Assembly (NCBI GenBank): GCA_017560905.1
Contig: JAFZEA010000015.1
Span: 7,177-71,176 of the forward strand
DNA: 64,000 bases
Direction of reading: 5' to 3'
Source of the DNA: Clostridia bacterium
Lineage (GTDB): Bacteria > Bacillota > Clostridia > Oscillospirales > QAKW01
Of the stretch, positions 61,624 to 64,000 are shown one piece after another. The number at the start of each line of letters is the position of its first letter. Position 1 is the first letter of the stretch. The position numbers and the translations under genes are program-made. Under the pieces are notes generated by a model. The model was not told the DNA's origin. It saw only the letters and a program-made list of their open reading frames with translations, and did no database searches.

Positions 61624-62661
61624 TTACAGAGAAGACACAAAAACAACATATGCAACATAAACGACCATCATGCAGATGCCCTGCCAACGATGGAATTTTT
61701 TGTGCTTGATGGTGGGAACAATGGCAAGGGCCATCAGCAGTGCGGTGACCGGAATATCCAGCCATACAAGGCTGGGCAGAGTGACAGAGCCGAGAGTCAT
61801 GGCGCTGGTACCCATAGGAACGTCGAGCTTACCGCCGGAAACGAAAGCGCAGATGGGCAGGATGAGGGTCATATCGATGATGTTGGCACCGATGATGTTA
61901 CCGATGGACATACCGGGCTGCTTTTTGACCAGAGAGGTGATGGTGGTGATGAGCTCAGGCAGCGAGGTACCGATGGCAACCAGCGTGATGGCGATGAGCT
62001 TTTCGGATACACCCATAAGGGTTGCCAGCTCCGTACCGGTGTCGACCAGCAGCTGTGCGCCGATAACGATGGCAATAATACCAATGAGGAATTTGAAGAT
62101 GTTGACGGGAATCTCCTTGCGGGATTTCATAGGAACAACATCACTGGTATCTGCCAGCTCGGTGCGGGCATCCCTAATATTAAGATAGGTAAAGTAAGCC
62201 AGAACGGCGAGCAGTGCCAGCGCCATCCACCAAGAAAGATAGCCGCCGATGCACAACAGGCCCAACAGCAGTGTGGCGCCGATCATAATAAAGCCTTTGA
62301 AAATAATGCTGCTGTCCTTCATAACCATAGGCAGTACAGCGATGGAGATCGCCATAATGAGGCCGACATTGGCGGTGACAGAGCCGACGGCGTTACCGAT
62401 TGCGATCTCGGTAGAGCCCTGCATAGTGGCAAATACGCTGGTCAGCAATTCGGGCAAAGTTGTTGCCAGAGATACGATGGTGGCACCGACCAAAAACTGA
62501 GGGATACCTGTGACCTTGGCGACCCATGCGGCGGCATCGACAAACCAGTCACCACCCTTGATGATCAGCACCAGACCGATGATAAACAGTATGATGGTGC
62601 TGGCGGTCTCGGGCAAAAAGCCGAGAGCTTGCTGTTGCAGAAATGTGGTAATTACTTCCAT
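61624..62661 (-). CDS. CaCA-family cation/Ca2+ exchanger (YrbG-like)
   Basis: Two alpha-repeats (GATIVSLATTLPELLTS...GNAVGSVTANVGL and GTSLPELITT...GNIIGANIIDMTL). 345 aa with about 10 TM segments. Confidence 0.85.
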   Translation of the reverse strand: MEVITTFLQQQALGFLPETASTIILFIIGLVLIIKGGDWFVDAAAWVAKVTGIPQFLVGATIVSLATTLPELLTSVFATMQGSTEIAIGNAVGSVTANVGLIMAISIAVLPMVMKDSSIIFKGFIMIGATLLLGLLCIGGYLSWWMALALLAVLAYFTYLNIRDARTELADTSDVVPMKSRKEIPVNIFKFLIGIIAIVIGAQLLVDTGTELATLMGVSEKLIAITLVAIGTSLPELITTITSLVKKQPGMSIGNIIGANIIDMTLILPICAFVSGGKLDVPMGTSAMTLGSVTLPSLVWLDIPVTALLMALAIVPTIKHKKFHRWQGICMMVVYVAYVVFVSSL

Positions 62662-62677
62662 TTTCTTTTCTCCTTTT

Positions 62678-62826
62678 TATAAAAAATAAAGACTTTTATT
62701 GACCATATCGGTCAATAAAAGTCTTGTTTCTTAAGCACTTAAGTATATGATCCGGCCAAAGCGGCGAAATGACGAATCATATAACGCACGTTTGTGCGTA
62801 AACTACTCCCTTTTATCAAAGCAACT
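62678..62826 (-). promoter_or_regulatory. Candidate yybP-ykoY (Mn2+) riboswitch with terminator expression platform
   Basis: Minus-strand leader: GAUAAAAGGGAGUAGUUUACGCACAAACGUGCGUUAUAUGAUUCGUCAUUUCGCCGCUUUGGCCGGAUCAUAUACUUAAGUGCUUAAGAAACAAGACUUUUAUUGACCGAUAUGGUCAAUAAAAGUCUUUAUUUUUU. AAAGGGAGUAG (plus 62803-62813), AUCAUAUAC and CAAGACUUUU resemble the conserved yybP-ykoY blocks. The 3' P1 strand (CUUUUAU) is shared with a 16-bp terminator stem (62689-62704 / 62710-62725) plus a U-tract, just before the RBS. Confidence 0.65.
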
Positions 62827-62836
62827 CACAAACAAT

Positions 62837-62865
62837 ATAGTAGCACACTCCATATAAATTGTCAA
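62837..62865 (-). promoter_or_regulatory. Candidate promoter of the riboswitch-CaCA operon
   Basis: Minus strand has TTGACA (62865-62860), a 17-nt spacer and TACTAT (62842-62837). Confidence 0.55.
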
Positions 62866-62877
62866 TAGCATAAGCAT

Positions 62878-62906
62878 TTGACTTTTTTACCAAAAGACGA
62901 TATAAT
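62878..62906 (+). promoter_or_regulatory. Candidate promoter of the hydrogenase-maturation operon
   Basis: TTGACT (62878-62883), a 17-nt spacer and TATAAT (62901-62906). It is divergent from the CaCA promoter. Confidence 0.6.
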
Positions 62907-62969
62907 AAAAATGTACCCCTGACACAAAGAATCTTCTGCGTGAAAGGCGACACTGACAAACAAGCTTTT

Positions 62970-63006
62970 GGCCGTGCTCCGTGGGGGCGCGGCTATTTTT
63001 TATTTG
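62970..63006 (+). terminator. Terminator-like hairpin inside the 5' leader of the hyd operon (possible attenuator)
   Basis: GCCGTGC-tccgtgggg-GCGCGGC (7 bp including one G-U pair) followed by TATTTTTTATTTG, 15 nt before the RBS/ATG at 63021. Confidence 0.4.
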
Positions 63007-63020
63007 CAGAGGTGATAAAA

Positions 63021-63278
63021 ATGGAAAGCAGAGTTGCCGTTATGAGTATAATCGTAGAGCAGGCCGATGCGGTAGAGGCCGTAAACGCACTGTTGCATGA
63101 GTATGCGCCATATATCATTGGGCGTATGGGGCTTCCCTACCGAGAAAAGAATATCAGCATTATTTCCATAGCGATGGATGCGCCGCAGAATATGATCTCT
63201 GCCCTGTCCGGCAAGATCGGAAAGCTGTCGGGTGTCAGCGTTAAGACAGCCTATTCCGGAGTTATAACAAATGAATAA
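63021..63278 (+). CDS. TM1266-like iron-only hydrogenase system regulator (small ACT-like protein)
   Basis: 85 aa from ATG 63021 (GAGGTG upstream): MESRVAVMSIIVEQADAVEAVNALLHEYAPYIIGRMGLPYREKNISIISIAMDAPQNMISALSGKIGKLSGVSVK. It sits directly upstream of hydE and overlaps it. Confidence 0.7.
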   Translation: MESRVAVMSIIVEQADAVEAVNALLHEYAPYIIGRMGLPYREKNISIISIAMDAPQNMISALSGKIGKLSGVSVKTAYSGVITNE

Positions 63279-64000
63279 TACAAAACTGATCGACTTTCTG
63301 GGCCAAAAACATACCTTGTCGCAAGAACAGTACAGAGAGCTGCTGACCACGGCAACGGCCGAGGATGACACTTATCTGCATAAGGCCGCAAGAGCCGCCT
63401 GCGAGAAGGTTTATGGCAAACGTATTTTTTACAGAGGGTTGATAGAGATCAGCAATATCTGTAAGAATGACTGTTATTATTGCGGTATACGCCGCTCCAA
63501 TACGGCGTGTGAGCGCTATCGTCTGAGTCAGCAACAGATTCTTTCGTGCTGTGAAGAGGGGTACAAACTCGGGTTTCGTACCTTTGTTTTGCAGGGCGGA
63601 GAGGACGGCTTTTTTACCGATAACCTGCTGTGTGAAATTATCTCAAAAATTAAGAGATCTTATTCAGACTGCGCCGTAACACTCTCGTTGGGAGAGCGCT
63701 CAAAAGAGAGCTACCGACAACTCAAAGAAGCCGGCGCCGACCGCTATTTATTGCGCCACGAAACGATAGATCCGACTCATTACGGGCAGCTGCATCCACG
63801 GCAAATGAAGCATGAAAACCGTCTGGCGTGTTTGCAGGCGCTCAGAGAATGTGGCTATCAGGTGGGGTGCGGTTTTATGGTGGGCAGCCCCGGGCAGGAT
63901 GTCGGGATGCTTGTAAAAGAGCTTATGTTCATCGAAAAATTCCGTCCCGAAATGTGCGGCATCGGCCCCTTTATTCCGCATAAGGATACCCCCTTCGGGC
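63271..64000 (+). CDS. hydE: [FeFe]-hydrogenase maturase HydE (radical SAM), 3' end beyond window
   Basis: Not in the ORF track because it runs off the window. ATG 63271: MNNTKLIDFLGQKHTLSQEQYRELL...FYRGLIEISNICKNDCYYCGIRRSNTACERYRLSQQQI (CxxxCxxC), FVLQGGED, LSLGERS and YLLRHET are HydE-type blocks. Confidence 0.8.
   Translation, partial: MNNTKLIDFLGQKHTLSQEQYRELLTTATAEDDTYLHKAARAACEKVYGKRIFYRGLIEISNICKNDCYYCGIRRSNTACERYRLSQQQILSCCEEGYKLGFRTFVLQGGEDGFFTDNLLCEIISKIKRSYSDCAVTLSLGERSKESYRQLKEAGADRYLLRHETIDPTHYGQLHPRQMKHENRLACLQALRECGYQVGCGFMVGSPGQDVGMLVKELMFIEKFRPEMCGIGPFIPHKDTPFG

Overview
This window is the replication-origin neighbourhood of a Firmicutes chromosome, Clostridia-like and carrying SLH/S-layer proteins. 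Almost all of it is housekeeping.

Origin core: rpmH-rnpA-yidD-yidC-jag on the minus strand and dnaA-dnaN-yaaA-recF-remB-gyrB-gyrA on the plus strand. A DnaA-box cluster plus an AT-rich stretch sits in the dnaA-dnaN spacer. A ParB/Noc-like gene, soj and spo0J follow, with two identical perfect 16-bp parS palindromes in the spacer before soj.

Other genes:
- Translation, nucleic-acid and Fe-S/cysteine housekeeping: serS, rnhA, nifS-nifU, cysK, glyQS, pnp-rpsO, rlmH.
- Ion transport: two K+ uptake systems (trkAH, ktrBA) and a CaCA + ArsB/NhaD transporter operon behind a likely Mn2+ (yybP-ykoY) riboswitch.
- Signalling: an OmpR/HK two-component pair with a PAP2 phosphatase, and a RelQ-type alarmone synthetase.
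- DNA repair: an SbcEF/YhaON-like nuclease-ATPase pair.
- Surface proteins: two membrane-anchored RCC1-repeat paralogs, a 1719-aa SLH-anchored protein, a VanY-SLH peptidase and a BspA-type LRR protein cut by the left edge.
- Right edge: the start of a [FeFe]-hydrogenase maturation cluster (TM1266-like regulator, hydE).

I found no rRNA, tRNA, CRISPR array, transposase or integrase, and no recognisable defence system. The less ordinary observations are:
- The SbcE-like ATPase has a membrane hairpin where a Rad50 zinc hook would be.
- The SLH giant carries six Cys/His repeats.
- A WYL-domain regulator is translationally coupled to cysK.
- rpmH and dnaA are uncoupled by a 3.4-kb insert.
- About 19 kb of genes next to the origin are oriented head-on to replication.
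- Two intergenic arrays of mini-hairpins are separated by ATATCAC/GATAT motifs.
- A small SLOG/DUF1273 + XRE islet is flanked by gene remnants.
- A 37-aa hydrophobic ORF is missing from the ORF track.

All family calls come from reading motifs by eye. Hairpin and promoter coordinates are accurate to a few nt only.
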